Below the pieces are notes generated by a model, which was given only the letters and a program-made list of their open reading frames with translations, was not told the origin of the DNA and ran no database searches. From the NCBI GenBank assembly GCA_963702205.1, contig OY969724.1, positions 3,040,001 through 3,104,000 on the forward strand: 64,000 nucleotides of DNA. Reading direction: 5' to 3'. The position numbers were made by a program, and so were the translations under genes. Of this stretch, positions 30,308 to 42,231 are shown in pieces. Positions within the stretch are counted from its first letter, which is position 1. The number at the start of each line of letters is the position of its first letter. This DNA comes from an uncultured candidate division Zixibacteria bacterium. GTDB lineage: Bacteria; Zixibacteria; MSB-5A5; GN15; PGXB01.

Positions 30308-31060
30308 TTATTTAAACATCAGTTCCCAGCGCAACCGGAAATTTCTCATTCCAGTTATGCCGTTTTCACCCTTAATAACATTGCGAAAGTCTTTTTCTGG
30401 AAAAAAGCTATCAGCTATGCACCGGCAAAATTCAAAACTGCGGCCTCGTTCACAAACAAATTCTAATAGGTTTATATCATTTTCTAATAGAGATTGCGAT
30501 ATTTCTTTGGCAGATTCTAAGTCTTGTGCACTAGGCATGTTAGTTGAATACAATGAAGGGTCCGAATTTGGATGATTATGAAATGTCATTACGGTTGAAT
30601 AATTTCCCGCCTTGGCAATTTGATTAATGTGCGATAGGTTAATGCCATGATATACTCTCGTCCGATCTGGTCCTTTGTTAATCCAAATTTTGTTTATCTT
30701 TTGATCTTGTTCAAATGCAATTATAAGCCACTCATGTTTCTTGTATTTCAATAGTCCTGCCGCTAGAGATGGAAATTCAATCAGGCTTTCATCGATGGAA
30801 TAAAATGAACCATTTGCAATCATGTTTTTTTTAAACTGCGGGTTGACTGAGCGCTCTCCAAAAGCAAAAGCGTAATATTTCAAAATGGCTTTGGCCCTGC
30901 GTTTTTGCGCAAGCGCGTCCATTTGTGCATCTGATAAGGCACGGCTTTGAATAATAAAAAAGAGAATACAAAAAAGGACTATGGCGCCGAACAGAATGAC
31001 AATGCCAGCGAGCGGCTCTTCTTGTGAATTTATTATAATACTAAGCAATAATGAATACAT
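30308..31060 (-). CDS. Membrane-anchored JAB/MPN (RadC-like) domain protein, AT-rich
   Basis: N-terminal TM helix; E...FHNHPNS...PSAQD JAMM motif; the ORF track's longer 5' extension runs through REP DNA. Confidence 0.65.
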   Translation of the reverse strand: MYSLLLSIIINSQEEPLAGIVILFGAIVLFCILFFIIQSRALSDAQMDALAQKRRAKAILKYYAFAFGERSVNPQFKKNMIANGSFYSIDESLIEFPSLAAGLLKYKKHEWLIIAFEQDQKINKIWINKGPDRTRVYHGINLSHINQIAKAGNYSTVMTFHNHPNSDPSLYSTNMPSAQDLESAKEISQSLLENDINLLEFVCERGRSFEFCRCIADSFFPEKDFRNVIKGENGITGMRNFRLRWELMFK

Positions 31061-31180
31061 CAAACAAAAGTACCCAATATATTGTCGAATTATATACCAC
31101 GATTCCCAATAAAATAAGCAAATAAAGAAATGAAAGCAATAGGCGTATAAATCTACAGTACTTTTTAAACCACCAAAGTC

Positions 31181-31271
31181 CTTAGGGCAGAACTCGGAGC
31201 GAACCGGAGCAGTTCTGCCAATTTTAACGAAGACTGCAGAACCACGACGCAAGTCTTGGGTTCTGCCCTAC
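31181..31271. repeat. GTAG-type REP doublet (right), inverted relative to 29204-29310
   Basis: Reverse complement of 31236-31271 matches 29204-29239 at 32/36. Confidence 0.8.
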
Positions 31272-31318
31272 TTCCCTCTATGAATATAATAATAACATGT
31301 AAAATTCCGCAGCGCATT

Positions 31319-31882
31319 TCATTTCAATAGCTGTTCTTTATCTAGTTCTGGCGGATTAATTTCATCATTAAGAAATTGGCACGCCTGTTTAAAAGAATTG
31401 GAAAGACTCAAATAATCAATAACGCTAATTTCAGGGGGATATGATTTTCGCACGAATCCTTTAGGCATTTCATTATCAGGCAGTGTCATATAAATTGCAG
31501 TTTCTGCTTGATTCATTGCCTTCGCAAACGTTTTCAATGCCTCAGCTGCTTCCGAATGCAAATATGCGGATGCAATTGCCATTGACCTCCGGAAATTATT
31601 GGTTTTTGACAAAACCTTTTCCCTAAATTCTCTATCGGTTAATAGAGGGGCAGCAGAATGTAGATTAATGACATCATAAGCATCATGGAGATTTGCGTTG
31701 AGTTCCAAAAAGTTCTTTATCCTTTCCTTGATGAAATAATCAGCGTACCATCGTAAGGCTTCGCCTTTTCTACGTTTCTCGTTAAAAATCTGCGTTATAA
31801 AGACGCTGACCAATACGATTAGAGCAGGGACAGTCGCCAATATTACTTCTTTAGTGATTATTTGGTCCAAACCTAAAATCAT
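31319..31882 (-). CDS. AT-rich hypothetical protein with N-terminal TM helix
   Basis: GGGGGA RBS, 187-aa ORF, TM followed by a helical domain. Confidence 0.6.
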   Translation of the reverse strand: MILGLDQIITKEVILATVPALIVLVSVFITQIFNEKRRKGEALRWYADYFIKERIKNFLELNANLHDAYDVINLHSAAPLLTDREFREKVLSKTNNFRRSMAIASAYLHSEAAEALKTFAKAMNQAETAIYMTLPDNEMPKGFVRKSYPPEISVIDYLSLSNSFKQACQFLNDEINPPELDKEQLLK

Positions 31883-32029
31883 TCTTAAATTCCCCCTTTC
31901 TTGACTAATGAAATTTTTTTAAATATAATTTATGAACTCCCCTCAATCAAACATATTCCGTGACCGGAAGACGCCCTCGCTTGTTATGAGCTGCGAAGGG
32001 CCTGCCGGTTGTCACGGTGTGCGTTGTGA

Positions 32030-32312
32030 TCGGCGGGTCCTCAGACCCGTTGCCTACCCGGTCGATCTGAGGATCGACCGGGCACAACGCTGGGACCTGT
32101 CCATCTGCTAATTCAATGATTTTATGAGCGGCACATGTCCACATGTGCTCAAGCGCTTGGATATGTCCCTGGGCAGACGAGGGCGTCTGCCGCTCACCAG
32201 GCGCGGGTATGACATATTGTTCAGGACAAGAAAAGATGTCACGCCGCCCTTCACCTCGTTCACTTCGCTGGCTCAGCGCAGGCAGGGCACTCGGCGAGTC
32301 GGCGTGACCTAC
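32030..32312. repeat. Cluster of mixed REP-like hairpins
   Basis: CCCGGTCGATC-tgag-GATCGACCGGG-cacaac, GCACATG-tcca-CATGTGC, GGCAGACG-aggg-CGTCTGCC, GTCACGCCG...CGGCGTGAC-CTAC; the first three have sister copies at 43157 and/or 58874-59759. Confidence 0.75.
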
Positions 32313-32389
32313 AAAATATTGCGTACAACATACGCGAATAAAGCAAGATTCGGGTGGAAGGACCACTAACTCGTATATATATTGGCGGC

Positions 32390-33265
32390 ATGAAAAGAAA
32401 CGATCTGACACAAGCGGCCGAAGATTACCAGAGAATCGAAAAGGCCATAGAGTTTATCGAGAAAAACCATCTCGAACACCCGTCGCTGGATGAAATCGCA
32501 TCGGCGGTATTCGTCAGCAAGTACCACTTCGAGCGGCTGTTCAAGCGCTGGGCCGGAATCAGCCCCATACAGTTCCTGCACTCCCTTACGCTCGACTATG
32601 CCAAACAAAGACTGGCCGATTCCGCGAATATACTCGACGCCACCTACGACTCCGGTCTTTCCGGGCCGGGCCGTCTGCACGATCTATTCGTAACTTTTGA
32701 CGCCGTCACGCCGGGAGAGTACAAAAAACTCGGTGACGGATTAAAAATCGAATATGGTTTCCACGCGACTCCGTTCGGCGAGTGCTTGATAGCCATGACC
32801 GACCGGGGTATCTGTCACTTTTCATTCATCGACGGCAACAAGAAAGCCGGTGCCTTGCAGTCTCTCAAACGCGCCTGGCCCAAAGCGGAACTAATCGAAA
32901 ACGATAATCGTACTGGTACGGCGGTCACCAACATATTTTCAGAAACACGAAACAATAATTCGCGGCCGTTTCATCTGTTTCTTAAGGGTACTAATTTCCA
33001 GGTCAAAGTCTGGCAAGCCTTGCTGGCTGTACCGCAGGGAGGTATGGCGAGCTATCACGACATTGCACGGTACATCGGCAAACCAGACTCGTATCGGGCC
33101 GTGGCCGGGGCCATTGCCAATAATCCGATCGCGTATCTCATCCCCTGTCACCGGGTGATAAAGAAATCCGGCGAGATTCATAACTATCATTGGGGCGCGG
33201 CGCGCAAAAAAGCGATTCTGGGCTGGGAGTCCGCTTCGGTCGGAGCAATTTCGGCTGTCCGATAA
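32390..33265 (+). CDS. AraC-HTH + O6-methylguanine-DNA methyltransferase (Ada-like, lacks the N-terminal Zn domain)
   Basis: HFERLFKRWAGISP, GTNFQVKVW, active site PCHRV. Confidence 0.85.
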   Translation: MKRNDLTQAAEDYQRIEKAIEFIEKNHLEHPSLDEIASAVFVSKYHFERLFKRWAGISPIQFLHSLTLDYAKQRLADSANILDATYDSGLSGPGRLHDLFVTFDAVTPGEYKKLGDGLKIEYGFHATPFGECLIAMTDRGICHFSFIDGNKKAGALQSLKRAWPKAELIENDNRTGTAVTNIFSETRNNNSRPFHLFLKGTNFQVKVWQALLAVPQGGMASYHDIARYIGKPDSYRAVAGAIANNPIAYLIPCHRVIKKSGEIHNYHWGAARKKAILGWESASVGAISAVR

Positions 33266-33377
33266 ATGTCGGACCCGGGTGCCCGATATTTTTTATTTGA
33301 CACCACCGGAATCCCGGAGCTACATTTCTTCTGATCGATCTGAAATGCCACAAATAATTGTCAGAGGGAGTGTCGTT

Positions 33378-33730
33378 ATGGAAGAACAAGATTTAATCAG
33401 GGAAATCAGCCTGCCGATATTTCAGTCGAAAACGTGGCTGAAGCTTCTGGGCGTCGTCATGATAATTCAGGGAATCATCACGGCTTTCACTATCATCGGC
33501 ATAGTAATCTGCTGGCTTCCGATCTGGCTTGGGGTGCTGTTATTTCAGGCCGCCGGCGCGGTCGAGGGCGCTCAGTTGAATGGCAGCAAGGTGCACCTGA
33601 TGATGGCCTGTCGAAAATACGTATGTACTTCATGATCAACGGCGTCCTGATGCTCATCCTGATCATATTCGTACTGATTGGAATCCTGATTTCCGGCGGC
33701 ACGATGCTGTCCTTGATGCACAATATGTAA
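33378..33730 (+). pseudogene. Small DUF5362-like membrane protein with a 1-nt frameshift near 33600 (possible sequencing error)
   Basis: MEEQDL...WLKLLGV...WLPIWLGVLLFQAA continues as GLSKIRMYFMINGV in another frame. Confidence 0.6.
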
Positions 33731-33773
33731 AAAAAGCCGGGAGTGTTATGCTCCCGACAAAAATATATGCGTA

Positions 33774-36205
<2,432 letters not shown>

Positions 36206-36228
36206 CTATGGCTCCTTTGATAGAATTC

Positions 36229-37212
36229 TTAGCGGCTAATGCCGGATGATTCACCCAGATTCAACTGGCGGTAATTGCCCCGCACTTTGACATTTTCGCC
36301 AATCAGCGACGATTCCAGAAGGCTGTCTTCGACCACCGCCTGCTCGAATATAATCGAATCCGTCACGATCGACTTGACAATCTTCGCCCCGGCCGAAACG
36401 GACACGTGGGGACCTATGATCGATTGGACCACCTCGGCCGATGTATCTATGTATACGGGCGGGATAATTATCGAACCGGGATAGTCTTTATATTCATTCA
36501 TTTCTTCGAGCAAAAAGCGATTGGTTTCGAGCATCGTCTCGACCTTGCCGCAATCGAGCCAGGCGGAGACTTCACACGGCGAAAATTTCGTCCCAGATTG
36601 AAGCATGTAGTCGAGTGCATCGGTCAGTTGAATTTCCCCGCTGGTGCGTTTGTCCAGTTCAACCACCTTGTTCAACTGCTTGCGCAGAAGCTCGGAATTT
36701 TCAAAATAGTACAGTCCGATAATCGCGAGACTCGATTTCGGATGCTGCGGTTTTTCCTCGAACGCGACTATATGATCGCCGTCGATGTTGGCAACCCCGA
36801 ACCGGCGTGGATCGTCGACTCTCTGCAGGCCGATTACATTCGACCCGGTCTTGACGAATTTTTCGTAATCGGTCCGGGCGATGGTATCACCCAAAACGAT
36901 CAAGAGCGGTCCCTTTTTAATATGTCCCAAAGCGAGGTTGACGGCATAGCCGAGGCCAAGCAGGTCTTTTTGCTCGATAAATGTGGCTTTGAAGCTATAA
37001 TTGGCCTCCACATATGCCTGTATCTGCTCACCCAAATAGCCGATTACAAAGCATATTTCCGACGGATTCAGGACCAGAAGCTGGTCTAAGACGTGGGCTA
37101 TCATCGGCTTACCGGCCACCGGCAAGAGTGATTTGGGCTGAGTATATGTATGTGGCCGAAGTCTGGTTCCGGCGCCCGCAACGGGTATGATTATTTTCAG
37201 ATCATCCGACAT
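36229..37212 (-). CDS. Sugar-phosphate nucleotidyltransferase (glucose-1-phosphate thymidylyltransferase-like)
   Basis: PVAGAGTRLRPHT...PK, GEIQLTDA, C-terminal hexapeptide repeats. Confidence 0.85.
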   Translation of the reverse strand: MSDDLKIIIPVAGAGTRLRPHTYTQPKSLLPVAGKPMIAHVLDQLLVLNPSEICFVIGYLGEQIQAYVEANYSFKATFIEQKDLLGLGYAVNLALGHIKKGPLLIVLGDTIARTDYEKFVKTGSNVIGLQRVDDPRRFGVANIDGDHIVAFEEKPQHPKSSLAIIGLYYFENSELLRKQLNKVVELDKRTSGEIQLTDALDYMLQSGTKFSPCEVSAWLDCGKVETMLETNRFLLEEMNEYKDYPGSIIIPPVYIDTSAEVVQSIIGPHVSVSAGAKIVKSIVTDSIIFEQAVVEDSLLESSLIGENVKVRGNYRQLNLGESSGISR

Positions 37213-37328
37213 TTCTACAGCAATATATGCCTGAATTCAGGCAAAAAACAATCAATTTATGAAGAATTATAAGTTGTTACTTCAATTGTAGTTATACGCA
37301 GGGATTGTTTGGAGAATTGGACTCGACA

Positions 37329-37979
37329 TTAAAATAACGATAAAAGGCTGTGGCCCCAATTATAATAAAGAAACTCGACCCGGCCGATCAAAAGCGAAAT
37401 GCGGCCCATGACGGTATATCCGAAATGTGCTCCGAACGCTATCATGATAAACCAGATGCCCAGTTTAGCGGTCATGCCCATCAGCCCGGTATGTTCTTTT
37501 GAGAAGTAAAAATAAATCAGGGTCGAGATAACGCCGACGATAACTATCAATGCCAAAATCGTAGATGCTATGCCGCCGTCACCGTTCAGTGGAATCATGG
37601 TCGCCAATACTTGAGGAATCGCTTTACCGTGTAATTCAGTAATAATAAAGATTCCGGCAGTATTTCCCATCACGAAGGCCAGCGAAACCCGGCTTATCCA
37701 TGAATAATTGCTGCTCAGGCGCGTGAACATGAGAAGGCCCAGAAATCCGGGAAAAACCAGCCACCACTGCCCCAGATCGAATATCGGATTAATCAGCTGC
37801 TGCAAGAATATGCTTTGCCAGACCAGGCCGATATAATATCCGGCCGATAGTCCGGCGAAGACGTGCTCGGAAAATTTATAAAATCTATTGTCTTTGTACA
37901 GAAATGAAAACAGGGATAGAATCAGATACGCTTTCAGCCAGATTTGGAAATGATCCACGAACGTCATTGTTTCCATCAC
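37329..37979 (-). CDS. Uncharacterised polytopic membrane protein (gene 4 of the DUF6754-type operon)
   Basis: SFLYKDNRFYKFSEH, MIAFGAHFGYTVMGR; about 6 TM; overlaps the upstream stop. Confidence 0.75.
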   Translation of the reverse strand: MMETMTFVDHFQIWLKAYLILSLFSFLYKDNRFYKFSEHVFAGLSAGYYIGLVWQSIFLQQLINPIFDLGQWWLVFPGFLGLLMFTRLSSNYSWISRVSLAFVMGNTAGIFIITELHGKAIPQVLATMIPLNGDGGIASTILALIVIVGVISTLIYFYFSKEHTGLMGMTAKLGIWFIMIAFGAHFGYTVMGRISLLIGRVEFLYYNWGHSLLSLF

Positions 37980-38812
37980 GTTGTCTTCCTGTTATTGCGA
38001 CGGGACACGAAATAGCCGATATTGCCGATCACCACGAATAACATAATCACCAAATGTACCAGCGATTGGGAATTCATTCCGCGTGTCGCCGCACCGGGAA
38101 TACCGAGTTGTATTTCGTACTCGGCGGCGCCCTTCATGCCGCCCAGAAGGCCGGTCAATTGTTTCGACTCAACGTAGGCGTACATTTTGGGAGCCATAAC
38201 CGAAGTCACTCCGCCGCCAACCGGAACGCCGTACTGAGCGTTGACGATTGAAATCCAATAATCAAGAGTGGCATTGTCCGCGACAACGAATATGAATTTG
38301 ATGTCGTCGTAGTTTTTGACTTTTTTCATCAGCGGCAGATCGCTTAATAGATGACCGGTATTGTCGTAGGGGAATATTCTCTCGATCGACCCGGCCAATC
38401 CCTGCATGACGGCGACATAGCCATATTTATAGCCCAGATTGACAAAATCAACACCGTACACCTTGTTATATTCTTTTGCAATTTCCCGGGTGACTCTTTC
38501 GGCGATCGATGGGCCGCCCAGAGGTATATTGGAAATAGTAATAACTTTCATATTCTTCTTGAACATATGCCGTAAGGCGGCAATCGACATCGGTTCGGTT
38601 TCGGCCAGGGTCGACGGGTAATAGTCGAAGGTCAGCATGACGACGCTGCTGTCGGGCAACCTATCGATGGCGTTGAACAGCTGTCGCGATTCCGGGGTCA
38701 GTCTTACCGGAAATTGCATAGTTATAATCATGGGAAAGAGCACGGCGCATCCAACCAGCAGATAAATCCAGCGCCGGTCGATATTTTGCAATTTATCCCA
38801 GAAGGTCGGCAT
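37976..38812 (-). CDS. Uncharacterised membrane protein with soluble alpha/beta domain (gene 3)
   Basis: IDRRWIY, YGVDFVNLGY, GLLGGMKGAAEYE; N- and C-terminal TM. Confidence 0.75.
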   Translation of the reverse strand: MPTFWDKLQNIDRRWIYLLVGCAVLFPMIITMQFPVRLTPESRQLFNAIDRLPDSSVVMLTFDYYPSTLAETEPMSIAALRHMFKKNMKVITISNIPLGGPSIAERVTREIAKEYNKVYGVDFVNLGYKYGYVAVMQGLAGSIERIFPYDNTGHLLSDLPLMKKVKNYDDIKFIFVVADNATLDYWISIVNAQYGVPVGGGVTSVMAPKMYAYVESKQLTGLLGGMKGAAEYEIQLGIPGAATRGMNSQSLVHLVIMLFVVIGNIGYFVSRRNNRKTT

Positions 38813-38813
38813 A

Positions 38814-39515
38814 TCATCCTTTTCCCATATACGTGCGTTCTATGCCGAGAATTATGCGAAGCGACATCGAGGCCGCACCCAGCGTCGCACCGATTATGAT
38901 TCCCCGCTGCACCGCGACGTTGAAGCCGTTCATGACGTACATATTTATAAAACCGGGCAGACTGTCGCTGAACAGGCGCAGGAAAGCCTCACCCATCGGT
39001 ATGCGCCAGAGCATGACAATGGTCGCCGTAATCAGAAGGAGAGTCGCCTCGGCGTTGCGGGCTCGGAAGGCGCGGTACGCGGCCGATGCAATATAAAAGG
39101 CCAGCATAGCGAACATCGTTTCCATCATAGGTGAATCAAGGTTATTAAACAGTATATCATAGATGGATCCGGGCCCGGTGCCCATCATCGATTCCCAATG
39201 CGCTGGAAATATCGAATAGAAAATCTTGCCGCCGACGGTATTCTGCGATTTCGGGAGAATCGAGGGCAAAGCCATTGCCACGACGGATATAACTGTCGCC
39301 AGTTTGTACGGCCAGTCGCGTCCTCTTCTGGCTACGATTTTACCGTTTACCCTCAGAATACTATAAACGCCCAATGGCAGCGTAAAGCCGCCGACAATCG
39401 TCACCCACTGCAGAGCACTAAAATTTAAATCGCCAATTGCAGAACCGGCAAAAAAGGCGACGACCATGACCAGGCCGGACAAAAATGCAACTATGACAGG
39501 TACAGTTGTTCGCAT
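38814..39515 (-). CDS. Uncharacterised polytopic membrane protein (gene 2)
   Basis: MFAMLAFYIASAAYRAFRARN.EATLLL, LRIILGIER. Confidence 0.75.
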   Translation of the reverse strand: MRTTVPVIVAFLSGLVMVVAFFAGSAIGDLNFSALQWVTIVGGFTLPLGVYSILRVNGKIVARRGRDWPYKLATVISVVAMALPSILPKSQNTVGGKIFYSIFPAHWESMMGTGPGSIYDILFNNLDSPMMETMFAMLAFYIASAAYRAFRARNAEATLLLITATIVMLWRIPMGEAFLRLFSDSLPGFINMYVMNGFNVAVQRGIIIGATLGAASMSLRIILGIERTYMGKG

Positions 39516-39520
39516 AGTAC

Positions 39521-40519
39521 TTATGGTATTCTAAACAAGGAAATAAACCAGTTACCTATTCCGAAGGTTGAAAATATCACTCCGATAATTATCGAAAAGA
39601 CCAATATCATTTTTATGAAATCCTGGCCTTTAAGACCGCCCAATAAAAGCGGTTCCCGGCTGAGATAGCTCGACGCGGCGTAAAGCTCTTCACCCATCAA
39701 AGTGTAATCGCAGGCTGCGATGAAAAACGGGAGCTGTTCCGGCTGGGCGGTTCCGGCAATTTGTATGGCACCGGCCGCATTGCCGGTTTCGGCCAATAAC
39801 AGAGATTCCGCAAAAAAGGCGCCCATATAGATGTTGGCGGCCGGTCTCTCGCGCATCATCCACCCGTTGACGGTCGCGGTGAAAGCGAACTGCTCCCCGG
39901 CGACATATTTCACGATATCGCGGTCATAAGAATCGTGGTGGCCGACTTCTATATAAGACTGCTCAACCACTTCCTGCCCCGCAGCCATAATCATCGGATA
40001 GCGGACCGGCACCGACAGCGGAGTATCGTACGTCGCCGTAATTTTTGCCACCCGGCCCAGAATAGACAGCCCGGCCAGAGTTTCGATTTCATCGATATCC
40101 GATATACCGGGGACAAACAGGACCGGTTTGCCCATCTCGGTGGCGCGCCCGACAGCTTCTTCGACTGCTTCTATGCCAGGGATCTTACGCACAAACAGGT
40201 CTTTTCCCTTCCTTGCCCAGCGGGTATACAGCAATATTGCGGCGCAGAAGATAATTAAAAAGACCAGCATGGGAATTCGGTCGGTTCGGAAGAGTTTATT
40301 CCTTGCCAGTTGTTCTACCCCGGCAGCTGAAGAGTCGACCGCAGCTGCACCCAGTACGGAGTCCGCTACGGCGGCCGAGTCGATCTTAACGGAATCGACC
40401 ATGGCCGAATCGACGGAGGTTGAATTGGCAAATGATTGTGATGGAAAACAAAAGCAGGCGTATGTGAAGATTACGCCTGTTATGATTTTTAAAGTGGTGC
40501 GGAGATGTCGTCTTTTCAC
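39521..40519 (-). CDS. DUF6754-type membrane protein (gene 1); start may be GTG 40519 or 40573
   Basis: Signal-like N-terminus, RKIPGIEAVEEAVGRATEMG, GAIQIAGT, QLPFFIAACDYTLMGEELYAA. Confidence 0.7.
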   Translation of the reverse strand: MKRRHLRTTLKIITGVIFTYACFCFPSQSFANSTSVDSAMVDSVKIDSAAVADSVLGAAAVDSSAAGVEQLARNKLFRTDRIPMLVFLIIFCAAILLYTRWARKGKDLFVRKIPGIEAVEEAVGRATEMGKPVLFVPGISDIDEIETLAGLSILGRVAKITATYDTPLSVPVRYPMIMAAGQEVVEQSYIEVGHHDSYDRDIVKYVAGEQFAFTATVNGWMMRERPAANIYMGAFFAESLLLAETGNAAGAIQIAGTAQPEQLPFFIAACDYTLMGEELYAASSYLSREPLLLGGLKGQDFIKMILVFSIIIGVIFSTFGIGNWFISLFRIP

Positions 40520-40579
40520 GGAGCTAAAATACTCAATTTCGAGGCGGCGGTCAACCGTTTTGATTGACGGCACTTTTCG

Positions 40580-41416
40580 TCATTTCAATTTCACGTTATC
40601 GATCAGCCGAACACCATGGACGCGCACGGCCAGGCTACAAACCGTACCCGGCGATATTTTCTCGAGCGGTTTCAGCGTTTCCGGATCGGTGAAGGCGATA
40701 TAATCAATTACGGCTGACGGGCAGATATGTAAAATCTCGTCTCGCATCCGGCTGTCGATTTCCCGAACGTCCTTTATGCCGCTGTTTTTGGCAAACATCA
40801 GGGCTTTGTAAAGACAGGCCGCCTGCGGCCTTTGTTCCGGGCCGAAATATTTATTGCGAGAGGACATCGCCAGCCCGTCTTTTTCGCGTTTGGTCGGAGC
40901 GATAACCATTTTGATCGGGTAATTGAGGTCGCGAACCATCTGCTTGAGCACCATCGCCTGCTGATAGTCTTTCATGCCGAATACCGCGACGTCGGGCCGG
41001 ACTATATTGAACAACTTGGCGACGATCGTTGTTACGCCGCGAAAGTGACCGGGGCGGATTTTGCCTTCAAGTGTCAGTGTTTTTTCGGATACTTCAACGT
41101 GAGTCTGGAAATCATCGGGGTAGATATCCTCAGCGGTCGGAATGAAAGCAATGTCTCCCCCGGCCTGCTCGATTTTCTGAACGTCGCCGTTTTCATCGCG
41201 CGGATATTTATCCAAATCTTCGTAGGGCGCGAATTGAGTCGGGTTGACGAATATCGATGTGACGACTATATCAGCGGATTTGAGAGCCTTTTTAATCAGC
41301 GAGAGGTGGCCCTCGTGCAAAAAACCCATGGTCGGCACCAGGCCGATTGTTTTGCCCTCGGCAGCGAGTTGCCGCGATACCGACTGCATTTTTTTAATGG
41401 TACGAATCACTTGCAC
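40580..41416 (-). CDS. panC: Pantoate-beta-alanine ligase
   Basis: VPTMGFLHEGH, SIFVNPTQF, RPGHF, FGMKDYQQ, GLAMSSRN, RLIDN. Confidence 0.97.
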   Translation of the reverse strand: MQVIRTIKKMQSVSRQLAAEGKTIGLVPTMGFLHEGHLSLIKKALKSADIVVTSIFVNPTQFAPYEDLDKYPRDENGDVQKIEQAGGDIAFIPTAEDIYPDDFQTHVEVSEKTLTLEGKIRPGHFRGVTTIVAKLFNIVRPDVAVFGMKDYQQAMVLKQMVRDLNYPIKMVIAPTKREKDGLAMSSRNKYFGPEQRPQAACLYKALMFAKNSGIKDVREIDSRMRDEILHICPSAVIDYIAFTDPETLKPLEKISPGTVCSLAVRVHGVRLIDNVKLK

Positions 41417-41421
41417 GGTAC

Positions 41422-42144
41422 TTAGTCCTTGATATATTTAAGCGCAAATTGGCCGTCCTCAAGCCGTACATAGCTGTAGTGCTCGATGAAATCGCCGGTA
41501 TTAAGATATCGGCCACCGTCCATTTCGATGTTATCGGGATGGTGCACGTGGCCGATTAATACGGCGTCAAAACCGTCCTTTAATTTCATACGGGCGTAAT
41601 TTTCGTAATCTTTAAGAAATTGCAGGGTGCGACCGGACGTGTGTCCGCGCGACGTGCTGGAAACGTACTTGGCCAGCGGTATCCCCCAGTCGGGCGGGAC
41701 GCGCTGGTACAGCCAGATGCAGACGCGATTTCTCAGGACCGAACGGAGGATGCGATATTTCCAGTCCGAGGGAGAGAGCCCGTCGCCGTGAATCAGGAAC
41801 ACCCGCTGTCCCTGTTTGGTGAATTCGTAATAATCGCGGTGGATAGTAATACCTGCTTCCCGGCTCAAAAACTCACCCAGCCAGAAATCGTGATTGCCGG
41901 AAATATAGTGCACCGGGATGCCTTTTTCGACCAGGGCGGACAAGCGAAAGATGATCTTAAGATGGTCTTTGGGGACGGCGTGCTTGTACTCGAACCAGAA
42001 ATCGAACAGGTCGCCGAGGATGAAGACCATCTCACCGTCGGATTCGATCTTTTCGAGAAGTTGGTAAAGCTTCTTTATCTTGATCTCTTCGCCGGCCTTA
42101 TCGGCCGCCCCGAGATGCACGTCCGAAAAAAAGTATATCGCCAT
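41422..42144 (-). CDS. lpxH: UDP-2,3-diacylglucosamine diphosphatase
   Basis: SDVHLG, LGDLFDFW, GNHD, HGD, GHVH. Confidence 0.8.
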   Translation of the reverse strand: MAIYFFSDVHLGAADKAGEEIKIKKLYQLLEKIESDGEMVFILGDLFDFWFEYKHAVPKDHLKIIFRLSALVEKGIPVHYISGNHDFWLGEFLSREAGITIHRDYYEFTKQGQRVFLIHGDGLSPSDWKYRILRSVLRNRVCIWLYQRVPPDWGIPLAKYVSSTSRGHTSGRTLQFLKDYENYARMKLKDGFDAVLIGHVHHPDNIEMDGGRYLNTGDFIEHYSYVRLEDGQFALKYIKD

Positions 42145-42231
42145 GATGGCAGATTATAATCATTTTGGGGTTAAAAGTAAATTAAAGAGATTCTTGTTGC
42201 TTTTGGACGTTTAGAAAGTGAAATTTATGAT

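Noticed and set aside
29204..31930. Integron cassette array (GCCTAAC at 29304-29310 resembles an attC core; three co-oriented AT-rich genes)
   Set aside because: No RYYYAAC...GTTRRRY pair in the right orientation after each gene, no site between 30278 and 30308, and no integrase; the REP interpretation fits better
31947..32411. ORFs 31947-32411 (-) and 32124-32369 (+)
   Set aside because: They run through REP hairpins, overlap the ada-like promoter or start, and have no protein-like motifs
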